From positions 32,106-96,105 of the forward strand of contig JBBTRH010000013.1 of NCBI GenBank assembly GCA_038065275.1: 64,000 nt of DNA. The letters are read 5' to 3'. Positions 46,781 to 61,486 of the stretch are shown here, piece after piece; the first letter of the stretch is position 1, and every line of letters begins with the position of its first letter. The notes beneath the pieces are model-generated. The model was not told the DNA's origin. It was given only the letters and a program-made list of their open reading frames with translations, and did not search any database. The stretch is from Patescibacteria group bacterium. Its GTDB lineage: Bacteria > Patescibacteriota > Patescibacteriia > SBBC01 > CAIJZX01. The translations under genes and the position numbers were made by a program.

Positions 46781-47377
46781 TTAGTGTTTCGATTGACGAA
46801 TCAGGGTGATGATCAAGACCGTACTGACCGCCGCCAGCGCGGCCAGGACCGTCGTCAGGACGGTCTCGACGATGATCAGCAGGCCGTTGGTGATGGTCGG
46901 GTTAAGGATATACTTGCTGACCGAGGCGGCCAAGCCCAGGCCAATGCCAGCAAAGACGCCAGTGGTCAAGCTCTCGACTTTTCCGCCGTCCCGCCGCGCC
47001 ACCAGCCAAGCCAGGCCGATGACCGCTAGCGCTTCGACGGCGACGATCAACTCGCGGCGCTGTTGGGCAAGGACCAGCAGAGCGACGAGTAACATGGCGC
47101 CGATCATCCAGCGGCGAATCAGCCCGACATACCGATCGACGCTCCATTTTCCGATCATCGCCCGGGTCGGCGGTAACGTCTGGGTATCGGTCATGGCCGC
47201 AGTATAACATCTTTTCGGCTCAATTTCAACGCGTAGCCCAGCACCACTTTGGCTCCAATAATGTCTTATACCATATTCATGTTTTATGAAAAAACAGCAA
47301 TACCGTATATCTCCGTGAATCGACCAAAGTGGTGCTGGGTTGACAACGCCGGTAACCGGCGATAGAGTCAGCCACAA
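46781..47377 (-). CDS. integral membrane protein of unknown function
   Basis: 198 aa with about 5 hydrophobic helices. Confidence 0.45.
   Translation of the reverse strand: MWLTLSPVTGVVNPAPLWSIHGDIRYCCFFIKHEYGIRHYWSQSGAGLRVEIEPKRCYTAAMTDTQTLPPTRAMIGKWSVDRYVGLIRRWMIGAMLLVALLVLAQQRRELIVAVEALAVIGLAWLVARRDGGKVESLTTGVFAGIGLGLAASVSKYILNPTITNGLLIIVETVLTTVLAALAAVSTVLIITLIRQSKH
47227..47345. repeat. MITE-like element copy 2 (shares only the ~20-bp termini CCCAGCACCACTTTGG...CCAAAGTGGTGCTGGGTTGAC with copies 1 and 3; unrelated AT-rich interior)
   Basis: Termini read directly. Left end has a 5-nt insertion (TCAAC-GCGTA-GCCCAGCACCAC). Confidence 0.6.
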
Positions 47378-47409
47378 CGTTGCTCGTCGACAACTTCGGA
47401 GGGTTCATA

Positions 47410-47934
47410 ATGGCTAAGACCACGTTTGACGCCTATGGCAATGACCCGTGTATGCCGCTCATTACCACCCAGCAACTGGCGGAAGTCTTCTGCCGATCGT
47501 TCGCGCGGTCGGACACGGAAGCCGTCGAGCGGATGATCGACCGCGAATTGACGCATGACCACCGGTACATCCTCGGGCGCGTCGATGAACGACTCGCCGG
47601 TTTCGTCAGCTGGCGTCGCTGGGGGGAAGACCGGCACCGGTTAGCCGAGCTTTTCCATATCGGCGTCGACCTTGCCAACCCGGAGGCATCGGGGCTTGGA
47701 CGCCAGTTGATCGGCGCGATGGAAGAAGACGTCCATGCCTACTTTCGTCTTCACGGTCAGCTCGGAGGGCGGAAGATCTTCATCCTGACCCACGCCGACA
47801 ACTATCGCGCCCATAACCTCTACCGCCGGTGCGGGTACCGGCACCAGGCCACGCTGCCGGCATTCTTCCACTCCCGCATCGACGCGGTCAGTACCGGCGA
47901 GGAGTATTACTTCGCCCGGGATTTCCCCGGGTAA
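47410..47934 (+). CDS. GNAT-family N-acetyltransferase (probable)
   Basis: Acetyl-CoA-binding-like segment HIGVDLANPEASGLGRQLIGAMEE and C-terminal NLYRRCGYR. Likely start is MAKTTF at 47410 rather than 47380. Confidence 0.5.
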   Translation: MAKTTFDAYGNDPCMPLITTQQLAEVFCRSFARSDTEAVERMIDRELTHDHRYILGRVDERLAGFVSWRRWGEDRHRLAELFHIGVDLANPEASGLGRQLIGAMEEDVHAYFRLHGQLGGRKIFILTHADNYRAHNLYRRCGYRHQATLPAFFHSRIDAVSTGEEYYFARDFPG

Positions 47935-48227
47935 GATGCGCCGGGCCCTTGACCGCCGGCGCTTCACGTATTAGGCTTCCGGTTGCATCCCGCTCCACAT
48001 CAGGACCAGTACAGCGGAGGGCCATGGCGCGAGAACGAGCCGGCCTCAGAGCCGAGCGGTGAGCAGTGGTTCGCAGTTCGTCGCAAAAAAACCAAATACG
48101 CCCAGTCAAACCCGGCGCCAACCATGGGAATCCATGTGCTGGCGTCCGGGTTCTTTTTTTGGAGATACTCAGCGCGGCCGGGTATTCGCCCGGCCGCGCC
48201 TATTCATTAACTTAACTGCGCCAGCGG

Positions 48228-49895
<1,668 letters not shown>

Positions 49896-49931
49896 TTAAC
49901 TAACAATTTAACAAACTAACGAGCTAATGAG

Positions 49932-50222
49932 CTAGTTCAATATTCCGACCAGGTCGTCCTCATCGGCGATCATGTAGTCGGCACCGTCGATCTTGACCTT
50001 TTCGGTGCCGTACTTTTTTAGAATCACTTTGTCGCCGACCTTGATCTCCGCCGGTAGTTCCTTCCCATGGTCGATTTTCGGCGCGCCGACGGCGATGATT
50101 TCGCCGCGTTCGAGCTCTTCCTTCTCGACCGTATCCGGCAGGACGATGCCCGACTTGGTCATTTTCTCTTCTTTGATCAGCTTGATCAGGGTCTTGCCCC
50201 GCATCGGTTTTAGTGTCGTCAT
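49932..50222 (-). CDS. groES: co-chaperonin GroES
   Basis: 96 aa with a typical GroES mobile loop. Directly upstream of groEL. Confidence 0.95.
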   Translation of the reverse strand: MTTLKPMRGKTLIKLIKEEKMTKSGIVLPDTVEKEELERGEIIAVGAPKIDHGKELPAEIKVGDKVILKKYGTEKVKIDGADYMIADEDDLVGILN

Positions 50223-50304
50223 ATCCCGTTAGAGACTTAGTTCAATAAGATGTTGTGCCCCATCAGGTTACCCTTTGACGAAGGGGTCTCTAACGGGACA
50301 TGGG
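50223..50304. repeat. long inverted-repeat element (TCCCGTTAGAGAC ... GTCTCTAACGGGA) abutting the groES start codon
   Basis: 13-bp arms read directly. Lies in the groES leader between the CIRCE operator and the ATG. Confidence 0.8.
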
Positions 50305-50373
50305 CTTCTTAAACCTTAGGAAATAAACTGGTAAATGTTGGTCAGGTTGTAGATGTTCACAGAAAATCCACAA

Positions 50374-50400
50374 TTAGCAGTCTACAGGATAGAGTGCTAA
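50374..50400. promoter_or_regulatory. CIRCE operator (HrcA binding site) TTAGCAGTC-N9-GAGTGCTAA
   Basis: One mismatch to the TTAGCACTC-N9-GAGTGCTAA consensus. About 150 nt upstream of the groES ATG. Abuts MITE copy 3, whose terminus gives a TTGACA on the groES-sense strand. Confidence 0.7.
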
Positions 50401-50403
50401 TCT

Positions 50404-50514
50404 GTCAACCCAGCACCACTTTTGTCTAGTTTTAGCGTGCGCTAGGTATCTTGCTTTCTGAGTTTAATGAGTTTTTCTGCGGCAATAAGCGAGGAAAAGT
50501 GGTGCTGGGTCAAC
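50404..50514. repeat. MITE-like element copy 3 (TIR GTCAACCCAGCACCACTTTTG...GGAAAAGTGGTGCTGGGTCAAC)
   Basis: About 93% identical to copy 1. Internal hairpin CTTGCTTT...AAAGCAAG and a TATAAT hexamer. Confidence 0.75.
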
Positions 50515-50546
50515 TTAACGAAAAGACTCGAAAGCCCTCGAGGGGG

Positions 50547-50574
50547 TTGACAAATTTTGTTTTTTTGCTAGAGT
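50547..50574 (+). promoter_or_regulatory. sigma70-type promoter TTGACA-16-TAGAGT upstream of ORF 50668
   Basis: TTGACA at 50547-50552 and TAGAGT at 50569-50574. About 90 nt upstream of the ATG. Confidence 0.45.
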
Positions 50575-50667
50575 CCAAAGCTACTTGACTGTCCCTTCCT
50601 GCTGACCGGTTGTTGCGGTTAGCTCCTTGATATCCTACGTAGCACACGTCCACCATGGAGGTGCTTC

Positions 50668-51411
50668 ATGTCCAACCAGCCCGACACGCGCAGTCCTGAT
50701 TTGCTGGCCGGAATTCCCACCGAATTCACCACGGTGGCTGGCGCAGCTAACATGATCGCTAAGATGGCTCAGATCAAAGCGCTTCGCCCAACGGCCGAAC
50801 GCTGGTTCCAGCGGTACGACTTGCCGGTGCAACTTGATCTGATCCGTAGCCTGCGGCAGGATTCGACCTCGGCCCGGGAGCTGATCTACTTGGTGCCCGA
50901 TGCCAAGGTGTTCCTGACCCGGCTCGAGGTACCGTTCCTGCGTCGTTTGTGCGACGAGCGCGGTGCGCTGATCGCTGAGCTCACCCCGGTACAGTTGCTC
51001 ACGCTTCTGCGGTCGGTCAACAACGACGAGGCGCGACTGGCTTGGCTGACCATGATCTGTGACGCCTTCCAGGAGCACGAGGATCGTTTTCTCGACTTCC
51101 TCGACGGGATCGAGGTGGCGGAGGTTGCGGCCTGGTACTCGGTCTTGATCGCAGAGTGGGACGAGGAACTGTACGTCAGTGCTGAACAGGACCCGAAGAC
51201 CTTCGAGCCCTACTTCCACGACGGCTTTGAGTTCCTGATGGCCTTGTACGAGTGCCGGCCGGAGCTCTACCGTCAGGTCGTCAAGAACATCATGCTCGAC
51301 ATTCGCGCCGATCACGAGGCAACCAGCTTCAGCCAGTCCGAGGAGGAAATGCGGCTGACCTGGAGCGAATACACTGACGATCTGGTTGCGACTGACGACG
51401 GCCAGGAGTAA
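50668..51411 (+). CDS. hypothetical protein (acidic C-terminus), first gene of a two-gene operon of unknown function
   Basis: 247 aa. No motif recognised. High GC, strongly protein-like codon usage. Confidence 0.5.
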   Translation: MSNQPDTRSPDLLAGIPTEFTTVAGAANMIAKMAQIKALRPTAERWFQRYDLPVQLDLIRSLRQDSTSARELIYLVPDAKVFLTRLEVPFLRRLCDERGALIAELTPVQLLTLLRSVNNDEARLAWLTMICDAFQEHEDRFLDFLDGIEVAEVAAWYSVLIAEWDEELYVSAEQDPKTFEPYFHDGFEFLMALYECRPELYRQVVKNIMLDIRADHEATSFSQSEEEMRLTWSEYTDDLVATDDGQE

Positions 51412-51420
51412 GGAGACGCC

Positions 51421-52725
51421 ATGATTACCACCCGTGCAATATCGGCGGCCGTTCCCGAGGAACGGCCGCCGACGTACCTCGAGCTTGTCCTTCGTCGAGC
51501 GATCGACCTCGGACTCGCTCCGTCCACCGCCGCAGTCACGTTCGATCAGAAGATCATGGAACTGGCCGAGTTGGTGGCCGATTCTGCCACCAGTAAGACC
51601 TCGCCGACCGACGAACAGATTCGCGGTGCCATAGTGATCGTCATGACTCGGCTGGCGTACGCCCTGCGGTCCCGGGCGGGATCCGATCTTGACCAGGCGG
51701 CCCACGTTCTGGCCACGCAACCCTACGACGAACTCCTCGCCACTGGCCGGGAGATCGAGCAGAACTTCAAGCTAATGGTCGAAGGGCTCAAGAGCGCGGC
51801 CTTCAAAAAACTGCGCCGCTTGTCGGTCGAGTATCGCGCGGATACATCCCTTCTCGAATACACCGACGAGTTCGGTATCGAGTGGGTGGGCCACTACGCT
51901 TCCTCGAAGAGGGGGCGACAAGATTTCACCGAGGCCACGCTACGGTTGATGAAGATGCGGCATATGATCGAGATCGGACGAGTTTTGGAGGAAGCTCACC
52001 CGTCCTTCTTCAACCAGCACTACCGCGGTCGGTATGACCAGTGTCTCGGTAACCTGGCGGTCAATCTCGCACTACATCGGGAATTGACGACTAGGGTCAC
52101 CGTCAGTGAGATTCGTCACTTTCTCATGCGGTTCACTACTGAGACTGTCGACGCAACCTCACTCGACCAAATTGGCCAGATGCTAGGTGACCATCTCCGC
52201 TGGAAAGGCATCAAAATTGACACCTACGAATGGTTCATCGGCTGGATCTGGCCAGGATTGACGAGCTACTGGCGGATGATGGCGACATTCCCAGTTACCT
52301 ATGCCATCTGTGTCGCCAGCGAGACGTTCATTCCGGATCGTCCGTCAAAGCCGGAAACGTTGACCTTCGAGCGGGTAACGTCGACCGGCGTCAAGGACCT
52401 AGCGGAGGTATTCATCCGTATTTCCGTCAAGGACCAGTGCGAGGTCGTGCATGACCTTGATGGGCAAGTGGTGTACGTGCTTCTTCTCCGGTTGAACGAG
52501 ATGAACGGAGAGGAAGCGGTGGCGGAATTCCTCGAGAAGGCTCGGCGAGAAGACGTCGCTAAAGCACTGGCTTTCATGCCGTCGTTCAGCGTCGAAGACC
52601 TCGTCCACCCGCGGCCGGAACTCCCGGATTGGCTCAAGCTCGCAATCGAGCACCTCCAGGAAAAACCACCCCGTCGACTCGTTCTCGAACGGATGATCAC
52701 CAAGCTACGTCAACGTACCCCTTAA
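51421..52725 (+). CDS. hypothetical protein, second gene of the operon
   Basis: 434 aa. Starts 9 nt after the upstream stop. No motif recognised. Confidence 0.5.
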   Translation: MITTRAISAAVPEERPPTYLELVLRRAIDLGLAPSTAAVTFDQKIMELAELVADSATSKTSPTDEQIRGAIVIVMTRLAYALRSRAGSDLDQAAHVLATQPYDELLATGREIEQNFKLMVEGLKSAAFKKLRRLSVEYRADTSLLEYTDEFGIEWVGHYASSKRGRQDFTEATLRLMKMRHMIEIGRVLEEAHPSFFNQHYRGRYDQCLGNLAVNLALHRELTTRVTVSEIRHFLMRFTTETVDATSLDQIGQMLGDHLRWKGIKIDTYEWFIGWIWPGLTSYWRMMATFPVTYAICVASETFIPDRPSKPETLTFERVTSTGVKDLAEVFIRISVKDQCEVVHDLDGQVVYVLLLRLNEMNGEEAVAEFLEKARREDVAKALAFMPSFSVEDLVHPRPELPDWLKLAIEHLQEKPPRRLVLERMITKLRQRTP

Positions 52726-52752
52726 CCGGACGATTCCTGTCCGGTTTTTTCT
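52726..52752 (+). terminator. rho-independent terminator (CCGGAC-gattcct-GTCCGG + TTTTTTCTTTC)
   Basis: Hairpin plus U-tract immediately after the stop of ORF 51421..52725. Confidence 0.65.
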
Positions 52753-52963
52753 TTCTTTTAGGACTTGGTCTTTGCTATTAACTCGTCTTTTTTGAATGAT
52801 TTTGAACGATTTTGGCTAACTGATGAGGCAAAAACTAGCTAATTCTCGTCGAGGAAGCGGGCTTCAAGCGTCGTTAAATATCAAGTGCGTAAGTCCTATA
52901 ATTATTTACTTTAGAGAACATCGATTCGCTACTATATTGACGGGGAGGTCGGGGTGGTAGGGC

Positions 52964-54559
52964 TCAACGCAAATCCAATAATATAAATGGTGGTAATTTT
53001 ACCAGCCTCTTCCCTGCCGTATTCAACGGCGCGTTTTTTTCTTCCGTCGTCGTCAGCACCAACGGCGTCGGCGGCGGGGTTCCCGATGCATACTCAGCGC
53101 TATGCGTGTCGAGGCGCAGGATATAGAAGTAACCGGCCGGTTGTTTCTTCAACTTCGTCCCAATCAGCGACAGTTCGTTCGCTTTTTCCTGAGCGACACG
53201 ATTTGCAATGGTTTTGAGCGGCAATGCCGCCGGCAGGGCGCGAATATATCGGCCGGTCCAAGTTAGAGCAACGATTCCCATTACTCCCCCGCTCAACCCC
53301 AATATCCATTGCCGTCGGCTACAGCGCCGGCGGGCCAGCAGGGCGGCGGCGATGGCCGTCGCGACGGTCGCCGCCACCCCGAATAATATTTGCCCGGGGA
53401 TCGTCTGCCAAAACACCCGCCTCAGGCCGCGCCCCACCGGAATATGGGCCAGGACATTGCGCACAGTCGTGTCCGTCAGCAGATGACCGAACATGGCGGC
53501 GATACTAACCAGGCCCAGCGCTTGCATCCACCGCGGTTGACGCTCGGACCACCACGCCGCGGCGCCCCTGGCCAGAAGCATCGCCGCGGCCGGGTAGAGC
53601 GGCAGGATATACCACTCGCGGCGGGTTTGGATCAGGCTGAAAATAATCAGGGTAACCGCAAACCACAACAGGAGCAACCGGTCTAGACCGTTTTTTTCCG
53701 GCCCCGCCCGTCGTCCCGCTAAGACCATCGCCAACGGCAGAAAGAAACTGAACGGCCAGAACCGGTCACGGATGATGCCGAGGTACCAATGCCACGGCGT
53801 CGCGGTGAACAACGATTCAGTGGTGCGTTCGATCACGCTCAATCCGAGGTAACTGTCCCAAAATGAGCGGCCAAATCGCACCGTTTCAATAATGTGCCAC
53901 GGCGCGGCCAGCGCCACGAATGCAGCCGCGGCCCAAGCGATGTTTCCCCACCCGATCCGCCGCCAGCCGCGGCTGACGAGAATATCGATCCCGACAATGA
54001 TCAGCGGCAGGAGCCCGACTAACGACTTGGTCATCACCGCCGCGGCGCCGGCCGCGCCCCAAACGATGATCCATCGTGGCGTGGCTAAACTGCGCCAGTA
54101 TCCGTACATGGCCAGGACAATCAAGAATGTCAGCAAGCCGTCTAAATCCCCGCTTCGGAAGGCGTGGATTAGCGCGAATCGTCCCAACACAAACAGCCCG
54201 CCGGCCAGCCAGGCGACCGAACGTTTCTGCGTCGCCTGCCAGCCCCAGAGCGCCAGTAACACGGCCGTTCCCGCCCCGGCCAGCGCCGACCACAGCCGCA
54301 TCGCCAACTCCGTCGGTCCGAAGACGCCGATCAGCGGGTACGTCAACCAGAACTGTAGCGGCGGTTTCTCCAAGAAATCTTTGCCGAAGTAGGTCAGCTT
54401 GGTCCAGTCGTGCGACCGGAATAACTCGAGGTTCACATTCGCGTAAATCCCTTCATCCCAGTTCGTCAGCGGGACGCTATTCAGCCGCCAACCGAATATC
54501 ACGAGCGCCAAGGCGAGCACCGGAATCCAGACTGATCGCGGCCAAAACGTTGACATCAC
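52964..54559 (-). CDS. GT39/GT83-family glycosyltransferase (ArnT / PMT-like, dolichyl-phosphate-mannose-type membrane transferase)
   Basis: Multi-TM protein with N-terminal WDEGIYA (DE motif loop) and PPLQFWLTYPL. 531 aa. Confidence 0.6.
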   Translation of the reverse strand: MMSTFWPRSVWIPVLALALVIFGWRLNSVPLTNWDEGIYANVNLELFRSHDWTKLTYFGKDFLEKPPLQFWLTYPLIGVFGPTELAMRLWSALAGAGTAVLLALWGWQATQKRSVAWLAGGLFVLGRFALIHAFRSGDLDGLLTFLIVLAMYGYWRSLATPRWIIVWGAAGAAAVMTKSLVGLLPLIIVGIDILVSRGWRRIGWGNIAWAAAAFVALAAPWHIIETVRFGRSFWDSYLGLSVIERTTESLFTATPWHWYLGIIRDRFWPFSFFLPLAMVLAGRRAGPEKNGLDRLLLLWFAVTLIIFSLIQTRREWYILPLYPAAAMLLARGAAAWWSERQPRWMQALGLVSIAAMFGHLLTDTTVRNVLAHIPVGRGLRRVFWQTIPGQILFGVAATVATAIAAALLARRRCSRRQWILGLSGGVMGIVALTWTGRYIRALPAALPLKTIANRVAQEKANELSLIGTKLKKQPAGYFYILRLDTHSAEYASGTPPPTPLVLTTTEEKNAPLNTAGKRLVKLPPFILLDLR

Positions 54560-55707
54560 TCGGCTAAACCAAGTTCAACTAAACGGCGCCGGAACCGCTC
54601 ATTATATTCCTGGCGCCGATCCAGCTCATGAAATTTCAGCACGTCTTCCGAGATAACGACTTCCGTGGTACCGAGTTTTGCTTTGCTCTCAATGTTCTTC
54701 TCCATCTTCTTCAACTGCCGGTCACGCGCCCATGATTCAAGCCAGTGTCCAATTGGCGATGCCAAGAAAATTTCGTAAAACTGCTTGATGACGCGCAGTC
54801 CCGGGTTCGGTACCAGGAGTCTCGTCGGCCATTTCCAGACCCAAGCGTTTGGCAGAAGCTTCATCACCCAGTCGTTCGCTTGGCGGTATCGCTCGTAGGT
54901 ACCGTCATCGAGCAACGGCACCGCTTGCGCCGTCCAGAAGGTGAAGTGGATGTCCGGATCCGCACTTTTCAACGCCGAAAAATCCATGCCGTCAGTCGTG
55001 ACATAAAAACTCAAGCACACGCGGCCGGCGATGGTCGTTCCGTGCCGTCGATAGCCGAGCAGTGACACGATGCCGGTGACGATCATCCGCGCGATCCAGA
55101 TGTGGCGCGGGGCGGTGACGATCAGGAGATCGATGTCGCTGGCTGGCCGGGCGTTATCGATAGCCAGCGTGTTCACCACCGCGATCATCTTGACGAACGG
55201 GACTAGTTCAAGGAACCGCGCGGTCGAGGCGGCGCGGCGCCAAAGTTTGGCGTTGGCCGGCATCCGTTCGATTCTGGTATCGACGATCGACTGCCGCCCC
55301 GGGCAGAATACGTAGGCGCCGCGCCGCTCGAGTTTCCCCTCTTTGGCCAGCATCTCAACTTCGCGCTGGACGTCAGCGACGGTGACCGCGCTCAAGTTCG
55401 AGTTCGGGGGAGGATACAACCACCGCCACGCCTCCTCGACCGTCAACGGATAATCAAATGTGTCGTAGTAAACCAGCGCGCGGATGATTGAGGCTTGAAG
55501 AATTGACCCCGTTAGAGGCGAGCGTGGCTTACCAGCCCAGCCAGTATAATCTAGGATGCTGGGAAAATCAGCAGATCTTTCAGTGTCAGTATTCGCCTCT
55601 AACGGGGTTGACGTACGGTACATAATATGATAGGGTCGGGGCGCATAATTCCCGGCATCCCAGTGACTGGGGACTGAGGAAGTATAGCACCCCCGCTCTT
55701 TACCCAT
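54556..55707 (-). CDS. nucleotidyltransferase-fold-like hypothetical protein (true start probably near 55470-55500; the 5' part of the ORF overlaps a repeat element)
   Basis: [15 protein letters not shown] resembles an NTase hG[GS]x9-13Dh[DE]h motif. The N-terminal ~65 codons of the ORF are low-complexity and span the inverted repeat 55503..55612. Confidence 0.4.
   Translation of the reverse strand: MGKERGCYTSSVPSHWDAGNYAPRPYHIMYRTSTPLEANTDTERSADFPSILDYTGWAGKPRSPLTGSILQASIIRALVYYDTFDYPLTVEEAWRWLYPPPNSNLSAVTVADVQREVEMLAKEGKLERRGAYVFCPGRQSIVDTRIERMPANAKLWRRAASTARFLELVPFVKMIAVVNTLAIDNARPASDIDLLIVTAPRHIWIARMIVTGIVSLLGYRRHGTTIAGRVCLSFYVTTDGMDFSALKSADPDIHFTFWTAQAVPLLDDGTYERYRQANDWVMKLLPNAWVWKWPTRLLVPNPGLRVIKQFYEIFLASPIGHWLESWARDRQLKKMEKNIESKAKLGTTEVVISEDVLKFHELDRRQEYNERFRRRLVELGLAE
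55503..55612. repeat. long inverted-repeat element, long variant (TTGACCCCGTTAGAGGCGA ... TCGCCTCTAACGGGGTTGAC)
   Basis: 19/20-bp arms read directly. Loop contains TATAAT. The right-arm TTGAC could serve as a -35 for csrA. Confidence 0.8.
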
Positions 55708-55741
55708 CTACCCCGACTGGGGTTCAAGAAAGAGGCAAATA

Positions 55742-56026
55742 ATGTTAGTCCTGACTCGTAAGCTCGGCGAGATTATCCGCGTCGGGGATGCGGTGAAAAT
55801 CACGATCCTCGAAATAAGATCCGGGCAGGTTAAGTTGGGCATTGAGGCTCCGCCCGAGATAAAAGTACATCGGGAGGAGGTCTACGCTCGTATTCAGGAG
55901 AACCGCCGCGCCGGGCGAAAATCCAGCGCCGGACCGGATCAGCCGTCTACCGCTCGACCTGACGACACGACTCGCGGCCCCCTGTTCCTCCGCCTGATCA
56001 AGGGCCGCAAGACTAAGCCCGCCTAA
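55742..56026 (+). CDS. csrA: carbon storage regulator CsrA (long C-terminal tail variant)
   Basis: [48 protein letters not shown] is the canonical CsrA core. Confidence 0.9.
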   Translation: MLVLTRKLGEIIRVGDAVKITILEIRSGQVKLGIEAPPEIKVHREEVYARIQENRRAGRKSSAGPDQPSTARPDDTTRGPLFLRLIKGRKTKPA

Positions 56027-56041
56027 CGCCCCTTGCTTCCC

Positions 56042-56071
56042 CCCATCACTCGCGAGTGACGGGGTTTTTTA
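56042..56071 (+). terminator. rho-independent terminator after csrA (CCCATCACTCG/CGAGTGACGGG + TTTTTT)
   Basis: Hairpin with one mismatch followed by a T6 run, 16 nt after the stop. Confidence 0.6.
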
Positions 56072-56226
56072 TACTCCTCCCCTGTACTCAGGGGATGGGG
56101 AGGAAGTGAAGCCGAGCGAAGCGAGAGCTGAACGACGGAGAGGGGTGTATTTCCCCCGGTACTCAGGGGGTTGGGTGTGAGTCCCAGATCGGAGGGACGA
56201 GAAGGGGGCCGGGGCGAGAGCGCGCT

Positions 56227-59241
<3,015 letters not shown>

Positions 59242-59447
59242 GACTGAGAAAAAGTAGACAAAGACGACGGACAGTATACATCCGGTGTCAAGTTCAGTCA
59301 ATGTGTGATGCCAAGTCTGGCAAAAAGGCTAATAATCTCCTATGAGACGCATAGTGCCAGACCGCGTAAGCGAAGCTTTAATTTTAGTCAAAGGGGGGGG
59401 TCGAGAGCTAACCACTCACCAGGCCTAGCCTGTGCTACACTAGCCCA

Positions 59448-60851
59448 ATGGATCATCATCGGAGCCACCAACTGTGGCTGGCAGAACAAGAAACGGTCCG
59501 GAAACTTCGAGCTGAGCGGCCGGAGTTGAACGACTACGTTGGTGAGTTCCAGCATCAAGATATCCTTCATCACATCGGGATTACTACCATCCCGGTCGGC
59601 CTCCCAATCGGGTATATCCGCTTCAGACCGGAAGACTTTATCGTTGAAGAAATTGATACTACCGGTAAACTTGCCACCATTGAGCCCGAATCAACCGCTT
59701 TGATTGCTGGCGACGATCGCCGAACCCTGTACTGTCAGTTGATAAAAATCGGCATCGCTACCCCTGAAGCGCTCGATCGGCTCAGTATTGCGACTGGAAT
59801 TGACCGCCGACGAATCGGGTACGCTGGTCTGAAAGATGCCGGAGCGGTTACCAGCCAAAATATCAGCCTCCGTGGCAGTCAGTATGAAACTGTCCATCGT
59901 GAACAAATTGAGAATGTTCTCCTCAAGCGGTTTCGATATGGCTCCGGGACAATTGCCAACGGTGATTTGCGGGGAAATCGGTTCACCCTAACCATTCGTA
60001 CCGAACAACCGATTGAACAAGCGCAACTCGACGATTACTGCCGGCATCTCAGTAAAGGCGTGGTAAACTTCTACGGGCCACAACGCTTCGGTAACCGTTG
60101 GCTCAGCCACTATTTCGGACGATACGTCCTCCGCGGTCAATACGAGAAGGCAGTGATTAGTTTCTTGACCGACGTGAATGCCGGCGAACGGAAGTACATC
60201 GGTTTGGTGCGTCAGTCTGTTCGCGAGCACTCGAAGGACTGGGCTTTCTCCGAAGAGGCATACAGCGTCTACCCGTATTCATTCCAACACGAATTGACCG
60301 TCGTGCGCTACCTGCATGAACATCCCGACGACTGGCTTGGCGCGCTGTCATCCATATCGGAACAAACTCGCCTGTGGATCTATGCGTACATGAGTTGGCT
60401 CGTCAACCAAACAATGTCCGATCTCACCTCAAGTGGACAACAGCTCCCGCGTGCGTTGCCTGTTCCGCTCAGCACGCAGGTCAACGATCAATTGCCGTAC
60501 CGCGGACTCCTTGAGCAGGACGGCCTGTCGCAGAACTTCGTTGCTAACCTTCGTCCGTTGCCGTTTATTCGGCCGCAGACGCGGTACCTAGAAACAATCG
60601 TCGTACCGAAATTCCACGGACAACTTACACACCCGATTGGGTGTGTACTTTCATTTGACTTACCGGCGGGAGCATACGCCACAACCATGCTCATGAACCT
60701 CTTCACACTCGAGAGCGGTCAACCCGCTCCGTCATGGATCAAGCCTGATGAACTCGACGCGAAAGAACTCCTTGGTACTGGTAGCATCCAACAACTGAAA
60801 CGGCAGTACGGACAGTACTTCACGGTTAAAGACATTTCCGAAAACGAATAA
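59448..60851 (+). CDS. truD: tRNA pseudouridine synthase TruD family
   Basis: RPEDFIVEE and GYAGLKDAGAVT (GxKD) motifs characteristic of TruD. Confidence 0.6.
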   Translation: MDHHRSHQLWLAEQETVRKLRAERPELNDYVGEFQHQDILHHIGITTIPVGLPIGYIRFRPEDFIVEEIDTTGKLATIEPESTALIAGDDRRTLYCQLIKIGIATPEALDRLSIATGIDRRRIGYAGLKDAGAVTSQNISLRGSQYETVHREQIENVLLKRFRYGSGTIANGDLRGNRFTLTIRTEQPIEQAQLDDYCRHLSKGVVNFYGPQRFGNRWLSHYFGRYVLRGQYEKAVISFLTDVNAGERKYIGLVRQSVREHSKDWAFSEEAYSVYPYSFQHELTVVRYLHEHPDDWLGALSSISEQTRLWIYAYMSWLVNQTMSDLTSSGQQLPRALPVPLSTQVNDQLPYRGLLEQDGLSQNFVANLRPLPFIRPQTRYLETIVVPKFHGQLTHPIGCVLSFDLPAGAYATTMLMNLFTLESGQPAPSWIKPDELDAKELLGTGSIQQLKRQYGQYFTVKDISENE

Positions 60852-60931
60852 GTGAAAGAGCCAGGTGCTTGCGCAGAGCTGGCTCTCGGTCGAAGGTGCG
60901 GCGAGCTGGTTAGCTGGCCGCGATCCGGCCG

Positions 60932-61486
60932 CTACGCCCTAGAGGGGGTCTCGATGGCCACCTCGAGCTTGGCGGGTGCGTCCCCGGCCGGGTGCCGGTG
61001 GTTGGCGTTGACGGTGACCGTCGACGTCCCGTCCAGCTGGGGGTTGACCCAGACGTGGACGAACTCGTAGGCCATCAGCATCCGCTTGGCCCAGTCGATC
61101 GACTCGGACGAAGCGGCGTCCGCGTGGTTCGGGCGCAGACAGATGACGGTGACCGGTTTCTTCTGGCCGGGACGCCGCTTGTCTGCGATCTCCTCCCAGT
61201 GCACGTCGCTGACGACGCAGCCCTGGGCAGCACACTGGTCGATCAGGCCGGCCAGATCGAGGAACTCGTTGTTGATGACCTGGCGGCCGGTGTCGATTAT
61301 ACCGGGACGAACGGCTCTCGGCGCGACGCCGACCTCCGCCGCCAGCTCAGCGTGCTTAGCCACGATCTTCGCCTCGTCGCGGCGCCCGAAGGGGATATTG
61401 TCGTCCTCCTTGGGACGAAGGCCGAAGAGCTTGACCAGAACCAGCCCGGTGTTCGCCGGGATTTGCAGGAGCCGGATGGACTGCAT
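60932..61486 (-). CDS. hypothetical protein
   Basis: 184 aa. No motif recognised. Divergent from uvrC. Confidence 0.4.
   Translation of the reverse strand: MQSIRLLQIPANTGLVLVKLFGLRPKEDDNIPFGRRDEAKIVAKHAELAAEVGVAPRAVRPGIIDTGRQVINNEFLDLAGLIDQCAAQGCVVSDVHWEEIADKRRPGQKKPVTVICLRPNHADAASSESIDWAKRMLMAYEFVHVWVNPQLDGTSTVTVNANHRHPAGDAPAKLEVAIETPSRA

Noticed and set aside
47940-48227. GCGCGGCCGGG-TATTC-CCCGGCCGCGC perfect hairpin downstream of groEL as a terminator
   Set aside because: The hairpin is clear, but on the groEL strand it is followed by an A-run and not a U-run, so a call as an intrinsic terminator is not well supported.
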